64,000 nt of DNA from an uncultured Ignavibacteriales bacterium (GCA_964526835.1 CAZGMK010000002.1:147740-211739); one strand, 5' to 3'. Numbered from the stretch's first letter, positions 39,965-49,826 are shown. Notes: a model not told the origin generated them from the letters alone. Made by a program: numbers and translations.

Positions 39965-40766
39965 ACTGTTTCACATAGGTGATTTCCCGGTCCGGGCTTA
40001 CGGCGTAATGCTGGCCATCTCATTCCTGGTCGGCGTGTTCTACATCGAGCGGGTAACGAGGCGCGATGGCCTCCGCTTCGACACCTATCTCATCATCGCC
40101 TACCTGAACATCGCGGCCGGCGTGATCGGCGCGCGTGCGGCCTACGTGCTGTTTCACCTCGATGAGTTCAGCGGACGCTGGGAAGCAACTTTCAACCCGT
40201 TCGCAGGCGGTCATTACGGGATAGCCGGGCTGAACATGCAGGGCGGAGTGATCCTGGCGGTTATTGGCACCTGGGTGTTCTGCCACATCAGAAAGATGTC
40301 AGTGCTGGAGGTCTACGACTACTTCGCACCAACGGTCGGCCTCGGGCTCGGCATTACCCGGATTGGATGCTTCCTGAACGGTTGCTGTTTCGGAGTCCCC
40401 ACGGACCTGCCCTGGGGGATTGCTTTCCCGGAAGGCTCGATGCCTCACGCCATCTTCGGAGACCTGCACCTGCATCCCTCCCAGATATACAGCTCGCTCT
40501 ATGGCATCCTGCTATTCATTGTCTTGCATTATCTGCTGAAGCGGCGGCGATTCGACGGCCAGGTGGTGGCGGTGTTGTTCATGGTCGAAGCGGTGTTCCG
40601 ATACGCCATCGAATATGTACGCTACTACGAGAACGCCATGCACTTTGACCTGTTGGGCATGCACCCGACATACAATCATATCATGTCGATCGGGCTGTTT
40701 CTGCTGGGGTTGGGGATATACGTGTGGGCCAAGAGACGGCGTGCGCGTATCGCCGACGTCTCTTAG
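39954..40766 (+). CDS. lgt: Prolipoprotein diacylglyceryl transferase
   Basis: FPVRAYGVMLAISF, RIGCFLNGCCFGVPT and HPSQIYSSLYG motifs. Confidence 0.9.
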   Translation: MCPELFHIGDFPVRAYGVMLAISFLVGVFYIERVTRRDGLRFDTYLIIAYLNIAAGVIGARAAYVLFHLDEFSGRWEATFNPFAGGHYGIAGLNMQGGVILAVIGTWVFCHIRKMSVLEVYDYFAPTVGLGLGITRIGCFLNGCCFGVPTDLPWGIAFPEGSMPHAIFGDLHLHPSQIYSSLYGILLFIVLHYLLKRRRFDGQVVAVLFMVEAVFRYAIEYVRYYENAMHFDLLGMHPTYNHIMSIGLFLLGLGIYVWAKRRRARIADVS

Positions 40767-40779
40767 CCGCGGTCAGGGG

Positions 40780-41922
40780 CTAGATCACCGACAGCTTCCG
40801 CGCTACGCGCTCGGCATAGCGATCAGTCATACCGGCAATGTAATCGGCAATCACTATCGGGGATGGCTGGCCACAGAGCATATCCTGGAAGCGCTCCGGC
40901 ATCAATGAGGGGTCGGCCGAGAGGCGCCCGAAAATCCCCTCCACGACCTCGGCGGCCCGCTGCGACAGCCCCCTCAGCCTGGGATGCCGATACAGTTCTT
41001 CGTGAAGAAACGTCTTCAGGCTCTCCACGGCAGGTGCAAGCCCTGATGAGAAGCCAGCCAGCTTCTCCCGGCAACATCGCACTTCGTCCAGCGACTTCAC
41101 TTCCGTCTGATCAAGCCGTCGCGCGGTCTCGGTAATCACATCGGTGGCGCAGCGATTGATCAGTCCCCGGACCACGGCATAACGCCGGTGATCCTCGTTG
41201 AGGCCGGTAGGTTCGAGTTGAAGCGAATCGAGCAGATTGTGCGCGAAACCGGTGTTTGTCACCTGTTCGAGAGTGATCAGTCCGGAGGCCACCCCATCGT
41301 CGATATCGTGAGCATTGTAGGCAATTTCATCCGCGATATCGACCAATGTCGCCTCAAGAGTTGGATTACGGAAACGATCGAATTCCGGGAACGACATGCG
41401 GACCGTGGTCTCGTGCTTGGCGATTCCCTCGCGAACCTCATAGGTGAGATTTAACCCGGGATGATCGGGGTAGCGCTGCTCGAGGATATCGACGACCCGC
41501 AGCGACTGGCGGTTGTGGTTGAACCCCCCGTGGTCAACCAGCAGCCGGTTCAGCACCTCTTCCCCGGCGTGTCCGAACGGGGTGTGGCCCAGATCGTGCA
41601 CCAGCGCCACCGCCTCGGTCAGATCCTCGTTCAGGCCCAGATTGCGGGCCAGCGTGCGGCTGATCTGAGCAACCTCAATTGTGTGGGTCAGCCTCGTGCG
41701 AAAGTGATCCTGCTCGTGAGGAATGAAGACCTGTGTCTTGTACTCCATTCGCCTGAAAGCTGCGGCGTGGACGATTCGATCGCGGTCGCGTTGATAGCAA
41801 GTCCGAAGGGGATGCTCATCCTGCTCATATACCCGCCCGAGAGAGTCGGCGCTGCGAGCCGCCCAGGGGGCCAGAGCAGCGCGCTCATGTTCTTCTATCG
41901 ACTGTCGGGTAACGAGATTCAC
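40780..41922 (-). CDS. dgt: dGTP triphosphohydrolase-like HD-domain protein
   Basis: FRTRLTHTIEVAQI and HDLGHTPFGH motifs. C-terminal DYIAGMTDRYA. Confidence 0.85.
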   Translation of the reverse strand: MNLVTRQSIEEHERAALAPWAARSADSLGRVYEQDEHPLRTCYQRDRDRIVHAAAFRRMEYKTQVFIPHEQDHFRTRLTHTIEVAQISRTLARNLGLNEDLTEAVALVHDLGHTPFGHAGEEVLNRLLVDHGGFNHNRQSLRVVDILEQRYPDHPGLNLTYEVREGIAKHETTVRMSFPEFDRFRNPTLEATLVDIADEIAYNAHDIDDGVASGLITLEQVTNTGFAHNLLDSLQLEPTGLNEDHRRYAVVRGLINRCATDVITETARRLDQTEVKSLDEVRCCREKLAGFSSGLAPAVESLKTFLHEELYRHPRLRGLSQRAAEVVEGIFGRLSADPSLMPERFQDMLCGQPSPIVIADYIAGMTDRYAERVARKLSVI

Positions 41923-41931
41923 AGGTGCAAA

Positions 41932-42753
41932 CTACGGCTCCGAAGCATTGCCGGCAATGCTTAATGTCAGGGCCAGGCTGTGCGTGAAACCGAGCGTCGG
42001 ATGATACCTAGTGCAGCAGGTCAGACTTCGCGGTCCCAGGCTGATACGTACTCCTCCGCCATATTGGGTCGGTGACGTCGAGACACCCCAGAGCAGAGTG
42101 GAGTAGTCCGCCACACTGATGACCTGCCCCAGGCCGAACTGCGGTCGGCTGTCTTGCTGCAGAGTGACTCGCCCCAACAGCGAATGACGCCCCATCACGG
42201 CCAGTTCGGTGAACAGAGTATAATCGGGGCTGAAGCCGGGGGCGCCCGGGTCCAGACTTGGCGACGTCAGGTTATTGGCTGCAATCGCCGCATGGACCCG
42301 GCCACCCTTGTAGGCCAGACCGATGTTCATGGTGCCGGCCTTCAGCCGCTCGTAGTCGGCGCCGAAGTCGACCAGCATCCCAGACCATGACACCATCGCC
42401 GCCCAGCGGCCGAATTCCCGACCGACGCCTACTCGTGCTGTCAATTCGCGGTAAAGGTCGGCCTGGCCGAATCTGGTGAGAGTCAGAATCCCGCTGAAGC
42501 GTCCTGTCCTCACCATGGTCGCCAGGAACAACTGATCCAACTCTCGCAGTTCGAACCGCCGGTGATAACCGGTTTCGAATCCCAATTGAGTGGTCGGTCC
42601 GGAGACAGCCGGCACGATAGCCGCCTCCGACGCACTCGGATTCGACAGGACCAGTGTCCCGGCGAGCCCGTGGCCCCGGCCGGTCAAAGGCTCGAAGCCC
42701 GATACGCTGGATGTGGCCAGCGCCATTACCAATATTAGGGTGACTGTTCTCAT
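41932..42753 (-). CDS. Secreted beta-rich protein, candidate PorP/SprF-like outer-membrane partner
   Basis: Signal peptide MRTVTLILVMALATSSVSG and alternating beta-strand-like pattern. ATGA start/stop overlap with the upstream type-B-like cargo gene. Family assignment comes from context and loose pattern only. Confidence 0.3.
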   Translation of the reverse strand: MRTVTLILVMALATSSVSGFEPLTGRGHGLAGTLVLSNPSASEAAIVPAVSGPTTQLGFETGYHRRFELRELDQLFLATMVRTGRFSGILTLTRFGQADLYRELTARVGVGREFGRWAAMVSWSGMLVDFGADYERLKAGTMNIGLAYKGGRVHAAIAANNLTSPSLDPGAPGFSPDYTLFTELAVMGRHSLLGRVTLQQDSRPQFGLGQVISVADYSTLLWGVSTSPTQYGGGVRISLGPRSLTCCTRYHPTLGFTHSLALTLSIAGNASEP

Positions 42754-44360
42754 TGCCGTGCAATCACAACTGCCTGTTTCGTCGCCCGGCCATCGACCTC
42801 GCAGTAGACTATGTAGATGCCGATGGGAAGGGGGGCGCCGCCGTTGTCTGTTCCGTGCCAGACGTACTCATTGGCCTTCATTCGGTCCGCCCTGAAGTCA
42901 TACACCAGCCGCCCCCGGCGATCGTAGAGCTCAAGTGTGACTTCATCCATGGTCGGAGCATCGACACGGATCAGCACCGTGTCATCGACCCCATCCCCAT
43001 CGGGGGAGAAGACCTGAGGCCGGATGGACAGGTGCAGCATTGAACTCTGTCCGGCCACGAACACGCGGTTCGTTTCTCCCGGGGTGCCACCGGCGTCGAC
43101 TGACTCGCCCCAGACTGCTTCACTATCATTCTCACAACGCCCGAAAGTGTGACTATTGGCCGGGGCTTTGTCGTAGCCAAAGGCATCGGCGATCAGACCA
43201 TGGCTGTCAACAAGACGAACCGTGTCGCCTCCATTATTGAGTTGCGCCCAGCTATCCAGCTCCACTAGCGAGTGGGGAGTGTGGCCGTGCTGAACGAAGA
43301 AGGCGTGTCGATCCCACGCCAACACCAGCCGTTCTCCCGGCGACAATAGCAGGGCATCTTCTGATATGAAACAGAGTTTTCGCGAATCTCCGAGTCTCCA
43401 GCCCGAAATATCCGTGTCCTGATTATGAATCGACAGAATCTCCACCCACTCAGCTCGCGAGTCTGCCTCGGGGGCGGGCATTATCTCGCTCAGAATCACG
43501 GGCGGGTAATTGCATCCGGGCGCCCAGAATTCGAGCGAATCGTTGGCGGTGCGGTCATCATGCGGAATGGCGGCGGCGAGGTGAACCCACATGGGTTCGA
43601 AGAAATACGTGGTCTCGATCGAGGCTGAATCGCCGGGCGATAGAGCATCAACGGTCACGCTGTCGAGCAGTTGTCCTTCTGTGAGATCGTGTATGCGGAG
43701 AAGTACACTGTCGGCCGCGTTGGCGCCCCGATTGGAGACCACGATTCGCAGCCGGGTCAGCCCATCGTCGACGGAGGCTTCGACCGAGGTCAGGGCTAGG
43801 TCGTTCTCGGCCGGCGTAACTGAGTTGAGAGCTCCCGGAGTGGAACCCGCCCGAGCGACACAGGGAGCGAAATTGGGGCTGCCGGGAGTAATGCGTTCGA
43901 ACGACACCCCGTCATCGCCGCCATTGTCCCAAGCGAAAGAGGACACCGGTATCTCGCCCCGCCACAGAATCATGGTCCCGCCTGAATTACGCAGCGAGAA
44001 GGAGGCTTCGACCGGTTCACCGATCGCCGCTTCGTGCTCCGTATCGCCCCATACTCCCGAGCTGTCACCCCAGCGACCCTCGAACGAAACACCCTGCTCG
44101 GAGGTCAGTCGACGACAGATCACAATGTATCCATGCGGCCCCCCGATCAGTCCGGGTGGTAGCGTCACCTCATCCTCATCGACGGTCAATCGGTAATCAT
44201 CAAGAGAGACCACAGCACCGCTGTCGACGTACAGCTCGAACCACTCAAGGCTCTGGTAGCTACCCGGCTCATTCACCAGGACCTCATTGATAACCACACC
44301 ACACCGCGCCTCCTGCAACAGAACAATGGAGAGAACAAATGCGAGACTCGCCTTCACCAT
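42750..44360 (-). CDS. Secreted LTD-CARDB-LTD protein with T9SS type-B-like (CHU_C/FlgD-Ig-like) C-terminal domain
   Basis: Two lamin-tail-domain signatures (VVINEVLVNEPGSYQSLEWFELY and ILSEIMPAPEADSRAEWVEILS...ISGWRLGD). Central CARDB-like DLALTSVEASV...VVSNRGANAADSV. C-terminus VFSPDGDGVDDTVLIRV...LELYDRRGRLVY...YVWHGTDNGGAPLPIGIYIVY. Confidence 0.7.
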   Translation of the reverse strand: MVKASLAFVLSIVLLQEARCGVVINEVLVNEPGSYQSLEWFELYVDSGAVVSLDDYRLTVDEDEVTLPPGLIGGPHGYIVICRRLTSEQGVSFEGRWGDSSGVWGDTEHEAAIGEPVEASFSLRNSGGTMILWRGEIPVSSFAWDNGGDDGVSFERITPGSPNFAPCVARAGSTPGALNSVTPAENDLALTSVEASVDDGLTRLRIVVSNRGANAADSVLLRIHDLTEGQLLDSVTVDALSPGDSASIETTYFFEPMWVHLAAAIPHDDRTANDSLEFWAPGCNYPPVILSEIMPAPEADSRAEWVEILSIHNQDTDISGWRLGDSRKLCFISEDALLLSPGERLVLAWDRHAFFVQHGHTPHSLVELDSWAQLNNGGDTVRLVDSHGLIADAFGYDKAPANSHTFGRCENDSEAVWGESVDAGGTPGETNRVFVAGQSSMLHLSIRPQVFSPDGDGVDDTVLIRVDAPTMDEVTLELYDRRGRLVYDFRADRMKANEYVWHGTDNGGAPLPIGIYIVYCEVDGRATKQAVVIARQ

Positions 44361-45994
44361 CCCGCCCGCACCTCCAGAGTGATCATGTTCAAGTGAGGCG
44401 AGGCGGAGCGACGATCATACTGGTGTGTCAGCCTGACCGCGAAGTCAATGCCCTCGAATGCCGGCTGCGTGAGCGCGGCGAAAGCGTACCAGCGAATGAT
44501 CTGCAGTGATTGAGCATCAAGCTCCGCCAAGCGGCCGGAGAGATGCACCTTTCCCAGCCTCTGCTCATCCATCTTCATATCCCCGGAGAGCGACAAGTAA
44601 TCCGCCCGGTCATCGGATGTATTGTAAGCTATCCAGCTTCGCAAATCAAGGTTCCTTGCGGCCCACTGACCATCCAGTTGGACGTGCTGTTGCGTAGTCC
44701 GGCCGCTATGATCGGGTCGACGACGGGTTCTGCTGAGGTATCGCAGCTGCACCGAGAATGTTCTGCGAACGTCACAGGAGAGGGTGGCCAGCAGTTGCAG
44801 GTTGACGAAGCTGCGATCGAAGGAGGCTGCGAGTACGGAACTCGAGAGGCGCCAATCCTTCGCCGGAAGCAGAATGGTGCGGACAAGCACTCCCTCCTGA
44901 CCCTGTCGTCGTGTCGTTATGGCATAGCCGACCGGCCCGAGGCTGTCTCGATGGCTCATGACAGCCGCCCGCGAGCCGCTCGACAGGTCGATGAAGTCAT
45001 CGCTGTAACCCCAGCCGGCATACTCCACCTGGGCCTGACTGAAGTGATGCTTACCTTCGAAGATCACGGCGCACGGACCACTCCGGGAATCCAACTGCAC
45101 GGCGCCTTCGGCATCGAGATAGCCGCCGCTGTATCGGTAGCGACCACCGAGAGACAATTTCACATCGCCCAGAGATGAATCGGTCCCGTGCCGGCCCAGG
45201 TTATTGTACGCGACGACCAGCCGTGGTCGCAATCGGCCAACCGCGCGCGCGAACTCCGACGCGGCCGTGGTAAGATCGAGCTGATCGTCACGGTGCCGCG
45301 ACAGTAAGGTCGAAACCGAGTAGTCGCCAAGCCGTCCCTTGACGAACATGCCGTTGCTGCCGCCATAGTCAGGGTAAAGCAGGGCCTCGCCGCTCCAGCC
45401 TCGGGCTCCATCGATCAGCTTTCCGCGGTAGCCGATCACAGTCCCGAGCCCCAGCCGCCGGCTGTAGTTGCCGACGACGATTTCGCGAAGCCACCCCCTG
45501 TCGGCCTGCCGCCAGTGAACGGCACGATTGGCGACGCGTTCAATTCCATCGGAACCGCGCTGCAACTGGACCGAAACCCGCCAATCACTGCCGGAGTCGA
45601 AGTTCAGCCAGAAGCGCTGACGTGTCCGGTCGGTTCTGTCGAGACGGTGGTTGAGCCGGTATCGGAAGCGACCCGGGAATCGACGCCCGGGCTGCGGCCT
45701 CTCCTGTTCGAAGACCTGCCTCTGTTGCTGCTCCAGACGGGTATCCAGCTCAGCCGGTAGCGGCGTAAACCAGCTCAGATTGGGGATGTAATCGAGCCAG
45801 TGGGCGGTCGTCGAGTCGATTCCGGAAAGCAGAATTTCGCGCAGGCGTTCGTATTCGACGCTGTCGATCACCCCCTGCCGCCACCACAAGTAGAGTTCCT
45901 CTTCTGACTGGATGACCTCAGTCGACAGTTCCTGTCCCGGAGCGGCAGAGCATAGTCCGATGACAATAAGCAGTACCACCCTCACCCTTCGCAA
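44354..45994 (-). CDS. Hypothetical secreted protein, probably outer-membrane beta-barrel, with degenerate HhH-like N-terminal segment
   Basis: TTG start with GGAAGGA upstream, signal peptide RRVRVVLLIVIGLCSAAPG. Long alternating-polarity sequence ends in an aromatic residue (EVRAGW). 7-nt overlap with the downstream gene. Confidence 0.5.
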   Translation of the reverse strand: MRRVRVVLLIVIGLCSAAPGQELSTEVIQSEEELYLWWRQGVIDSVEYERLREILLSGIDSTTAHWLDYIPNLSWFTPLPAELDTRLEQQQRQVFEQERPQPGRRFPGRFRYRLNHRLDRTDRTRQRFWLNFDSGSDWRVSVQLQRGSDGIERVANRAVHWRQADRGWLREIVVGNYSRRLGLGTVIGYRGKLIDGARGWSGEALLYPDYGGSNGMFVKGRLGDYSVSTLLSRHRDDQLDLTTAASEFARAVGRLRPRLVVAYNNLGRHGTDSSLGDVKLSLGGRYRYSGGYLDAEGAVQLDSRSGPCAVIFEGKHHFSQAQVEYAGWGYSDDFIDLSSGSRAAVMSHRDSLGPVGYAITTRRQGQEGVLVRTILLPAKDWRLSSSVLAASFDRSFVNLQLLATLSCDVRRTFSVQLRYLSRTRRRPDHSGRTTQQHVQLDGQWAARNLDLRSWIAYNTSDDRADYLSLSGDMKMDEQRLGKVHLSGRLAELDAQSLQIIRWYAFAALTQPAFEGIDFAVRLTHQYDRRSASPHLNMITLEVRAGW

Positions 45995-46011
45995 AACCGA
46001 TTCGTCCTTCC

Positions 46012-47469
46012 CTAACTCAGCCCATACTTCTTGAGTTTACGATAGAGTGTCCGTTCTCCAATGCCCAACTGGCGCGCTGCTTCCTTGCGGTTACCGTTGT
46101 GACGCTTCAGGGCGCTCACTATCATCTTTCGTTCCATTTCATCCATCGTCTGCGGAGGTTCATCTGAGTCGGCTCGCGCGCGTGGAGGCTCCTCCGACGG
46201 CATCATCTGACCATTCTCGTCAGGTAGGTGTGAAATGATCAGATCGCGCAGCATCTTGACTTCTTGTCCCAGTTGCATGATCGCGCGGTAGATCAACTCC
46301 TGGCCTGCCTCCTCAACGGTGCGCCCCGTCGAAATCGGCAGATGCCTCGAGGTCCGCTGCTGCTCCTGCAGAAACTGATCCACATCCTCGGTTTCGACCA
46401 TGCCCTTGCCCACAAGAGCAGCCATACGGTCGGCGAAGTTGCGAAGCTGTCTCACATTGCCGGGCCAATCGTAATCCATAAGACGATGCAACGCCGCATC
46501 GCTGTAGGTCAGGTCAGGCTTGTGGCGCCAGAAGAATTGCAGCAGCGGCTCGATGTCCTGTTTTCTTTCCAGCAGCGGCGGCACGATTATCTTCACCACC
46601 GCGATCCGGAAATACAGATCCTCCCTGAACCGGCCTTCGGCTATCTCTTCGGTCAGATCCCGATTGGTCGCCGAGATAAGCCGCACATCGGCTCGTCGTG
46701 GCTGTGAGGAGCCTACCGGATAGTATGTGCCATCCTCCAGCACGCGCAGAAGTTTCACTTGCATATGCTGCGTCGTCTCACCGATTTCATCGAGGAAGAT
46801 AGTACCGCCCTCGGCCTTCGAAAACAGTCCCTCGCGCTTGCCGACAGAGCCCGTAAACGCACCCCGTTCGTGCCCGAACAGTTCCGATTCCAGGACTCCC
46901 TCGGCCAGCGCCCCGCAGTTCAGCGCAACATGAGGTTTATCGCGACGTTGCGACTGATCGTGAATGGCCTGCGCCACCAGTTCCTTGCCGGAGCCGGACG
47001 GCCCGACTATCAGAACCGACATATCGGTCGGGGCGACACGGTCGATCATCTCGGCCACCATCTTCATTCGGTAGGATCGTCCAACCATACCGTACTCACG
47101 CAGCAAGCGCCGGGTGCGCAGGATATGGTCTAACCGGTCCCTGAAGGTCTTGCGCTCCAGCGTGCAAGGCAGTACCCCATCGATGAACTCGGGACTTGGA
47201 TTGGCGGTGGACTCATCGTCGGTAATCAGCCAGATTTCGGTAAGAGCGCTGTGCCGTCGCAGTTTGCCGGCGACCCCACGGGAGAGGTCTCCGCGGCGGG
47301 AGTCGACCAGCACGATATCGAGCGTTCGTTCGCGGGCCTGTTGATACAAGTGCGAGAGTTCGGTGAAGACGTCGCCGATATCGTCGGCCGCAGGGCATCG
47401 CGACGCCGGCGACTCGGGATGCAGCAACGCAACCACTCCGCCTCGTTCGGATTTGATGGAATCAGCCAT
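46012..47469 (-). CDS. Sigma-54-dependent transcriptional activator (bEBP) with degenerate receiver domain and Fis-type HTH
   Basis: AAA+ core GPSGSGKELVAQAIH, GAFTGS (GAFTGA variant), ESELFGHERGAFTG. C-terminal HTH AARQLGIGERTLYRKLKKYG. The N-terminal receiver-like fold lacks the acidic pair and conserved Lys. Confidence 0.85.
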   Translation of the reverse strand: MADSIKSERGGVVALLHPESPASRCPAADDIGDVFTELSHLYQQARERTLDIVLVDSRRGDLSRGVAGKLRRHSALTEIWLITDDESTANPSPEFIDGVLPCTLERKTFRDRLDHILRTRRLLREYGMVGRSYRMKMVAEMIDRVAPTDMSVLIVGPSGSGKELVAQAIHDQSQRRDKPHVALNCGALAEGVLESELFGHERGAFTGSVGKREGLFSKAEGGTIFLDEIGETTQHMQVKLLRVLEDGTYYPVGSSQPRRADVRLISATNRDLTEEIAEGRFREDLYFRIAVVKIIVPPLLERKQDIEPLLQFFWRHKPDLTYSDAALHRLMDYDWPGNVRQLRNFADRMAALVGKGMVETEDVDQFLQEQQRTSRHLPISTGRTVEEAGQELIYRAIMQLGQEVKMLRDLIISHLPDENGQMMPSEEPPRARADSDEPPQTMDEMERKMIVSALKRHNGNRKEAARQLGIGERTLYRKLKKYGLS

Positions 47470-47483
47470 CCGGGCTCGCCTGT

Positions 47484-49703
47484 CTACCTGCGTTTCTTTC
47501 TTTGCTTTCGGGCGGGTTTCTTACCCGGCGCCTTGCCGGGTTTCGCCGCCGGCTTCTTCTGTTTGCGTTTCGGACCGGCCGGTCTCTTTTTCGCAGCCTC
47601 GGTCTCGGCCACAAACAGATCCACTTCATGTTTGACCTGGTCGACACTCAGCACACCCACCCGAATGGGATCGCCTAACCGGAAGATGCGCCCGGTGCGA
47701 CGGCCCACCAGGCGATAGTGCGCCTCCTCGTGGATGTAGTAATCATCATCCAGCGTCGTCAGACGCACCAGACCCTCCGCGCCAAGGTTATCCAGTCGCA
47801 CGAAGAAGCCGAAGCCGGTAACTCCTGAAATGACTCCGGAGTACTCATCGCCGATATGCTTGGCCATGTAGGCCACCTGTTTGACCTTGATCGCTTCGCG
47901 CTCGGCGCGCTCGGCTTTTCTCTCGGTCTCGGAGCAGTGCTCACCCACGTGCTTGATAACAACCGGGACCCTCTTGCCGAATTCGGCGGGATACTTCTGG
48001 CGTCCGCGCAGCTTCCTGACAAGCCGATGGACCAGCAGGTCGGGATAGCGACGAATCGGCGACGTGAAATGCGTGTAGTGGGTAAAGGCCAACCCGAAGT
48101 GCCCGATGTTCTCGGCCTGGTAAACTGCCTTCTGCATCGATCTCAGCATAATCTCGTTGATGAAGTCGGCGTCCGGTCGGTCCTGTATTTGCTTGAGGAA
48201 TCGAGCGAAATGTATGGGCTTGAGGTCCACCGATACAGCGAAATGCAGGCCGAGCCGTTCCATCATATACGCGAAGGCGTTGAGTTTCTCCATATCGGGT
48301 CTGGCGTGGACCCGATACAGCATCGGCTGACCTTTCCGAAAGACTTCGAGAGCCACCGCTTTATTGGCCGCCAGCATGAATTCCTCTACCAGGCGATGCG
48401 CTTCGAGTCGCACACGACTACCCAGCTCCAGGACCTCCCCTTTGGCGTTCATAATCACCTTGGCCTCCGGCAGGTCGAAATCGAGCGAGCCCTTGGCGAA
48501 CCGGCGCTCGCTCAGGATACGGGCGAGCTCCCGGGCAAGACGAAGGTTGTCAGCGACCCTCTTAACCCGATCATCAACCGCCCGGCCGTCAAACAGCGCC
48601 TGTACTTCCTCATAGGCCAGGCGAGACCGTGACTTTATCAGCGAATCAGTCAACCGCCAATCGGTCATGCGCCCGCGACGGTTGAACTCCATTATACAGG
48701 AATGCGCCAGGCGCAGTCGATTCGGCTTTAAGGAACAAAGGTCGTTGGACAGGACTTCCGGGATCATGGGAACGACCATGCCGGGCAGGTAGACCGAATT
48801 GCCTCGCTCGAAAGCCTCCTTATCGACCAGTGAACCATGCGGCACGAAATGCGAAACATCGGCGATGTGGACGCTCAACCGATAACCGTCCCTGGTCTTC
48901 TCGACACTGATCGCGTCGTCGTAGTCTTTGGCGTCGGTCGGATCGATGGTGTAGACGACCTGGTCGGTGAGGTTCTCGCGACGCTTCTGCTCGGCCCGTG
49001 ACGGCATCACGGCCAGACGCTCAGCCTCCTGAGCAACTTCGTCGGGAAAGGCCTCCGGTAAATCGAAGGACTTGATCACCGTGAGCATATCGACTCCGGG
49101 ATCGCCGGGATAGCCCAGCCGCTCGGTGACACGCCCCTGCGGGTTCAGGTGAGGATCGTCCCATACCGTCAGCTTCAGAACAACCTTCTCGCCGTCCTCG
49201 GCTCCAGCCGTCGCCCTGTCGGGCACGTAGATGTCACGCGGGAAGCGCGGACTGTCCGGTACTACGAAACTGAAATCGCGTCCCCTCCTGAAGACTCCGA
49301 CGATGTTGCGTTCCGACCTCTCCAGCACGCGCACAACGGTCCCAATCTGGCGGTCGTGCTGGGTTCCCGTCAGACGCACCATCACCTTGTCGCCGTCGAG
49401 GGCCGTGTGGGTCTGCGAGGCCGGGATCATGACATCCTCCCCCTCCTCTCGAGCCACAAACCCGAGCCCGTTGCGGGTCATGGAGATAGTGTCGACCAGA
49501 ATATTCATCTCCGAGGCCACACCCACTCGGTTGCGCTTAAGACGAACTAGCTCGCCGGTGTCGATCAGCTCTTTGATCGTGGCACGGAATTCGGCGTAAT
49601 CTGATGGTGGGACGTTCAGCGCCTTGGCCAGCTCCTTGGTCTTCATCGGCCGGTGAGCCTGGTCCCGCAGAAAACGCAGAATACTTACTTTATCAATTGA
49701 CAT
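47484..49703 (-). CDS. rnr: Ribonuclease R
   Basis: Cold-shock-like N-region, RNB motifs (DPTDAKDYDDAISVE), S1 domain (GVISGVTGFGFFVRL), Lys-rich tail. Start placed at MSIDKVSIL (49703). Confidence 0.9.
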   Translation of the reverse strand: MSIDKVSILRFLRDQAHRPMKTKELAKALNVPPSDYAEFRATIKELIDTGELVRLKRNRVGVASEMNILVDTISMTRNGLGFVAREEGEDVMIPASQTHTALDGDKVMVRLTGTQHDRQIGTVVRVLERSERNIVGVFRRGRDFSFVVPDSPRFPRDIYVPDRATAGAEDGEKVVLKLTVWDDPHLNPQGRVTERLGYPGDPGVDMLTVIKSFDLPEAFPDEVAQEAERLAVMPSRAEQKRRENLTDQVVYTIDPTDAKDYDDAISVEKTRDGYRLSVHIADVSHFVPHGSLVDKEAFERGNSVYLPGMVVPMIPEVLSNDLCSLKPNRLRLAHSCIMEFNRRGRMTDWRLTDSLIKSRSRLAYEEVQALFDGRAVDDRVKRVADNLRLARELARILSERRFAKGSLDFDLPEAKVIMNAKGEVLELGSRVRLEAHRLVEEFMLAANKAVALEVFRKGQPMLYRVHARPDMEKLNAFAYMMERLGLHFAVSVDLKPIHFARFLKQIQDRPDADFINEIMLRSMQKAVYQAENIGHFGLAFTHYTHFTSPIRRYPDLLVHRLVRKLRGRQKYPAEFGKRVPVVIKHVGEHCSETERKAERAEREAIKVKQVAYMAKHIGDEYSGVISGVTGFGFFVRLDNLGAEGLVRLTTLDDDYYIHEEAHYRLVGRRTGRIFRLGDPIRVGVLSVDQVKHEVDLFVAETEAAKKRPAGPKRKQKKPAAKPGKAPGKKPARKQRKKRR

Positions 49704-49796
49704 AGGGCGATGATAGCGTCTCCTCACAGGAGCGTCAAGTCCAATTGCCGCGACGGCGGCCATTGTGGCAGGTTTGCCGGTTTGGTCATCACATCA

Positions 49797-49826
49797 GAAT
49801 TGAAAAGCCCGCCAGATTGGCGGGCT
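49797..49826 (-). terminator. Rho-independent terminator after the ECF/Spy-like operon
   Basis: Minus strand AGCCCGCC-AAUCU-GGCGGGCU followed by UUUCAAUUCU. Confidence 0.7.

Noticed and set aside
45994-47483. A sigma-54 promoter (TGGCAC-N5-TTGC) for the envelope module.
   Set aside because: The only TGGCAC strings on the minus strand (near 46726 and 43080) lie inside coding sequence and lack the -12 TTGC element at the correct spacing.
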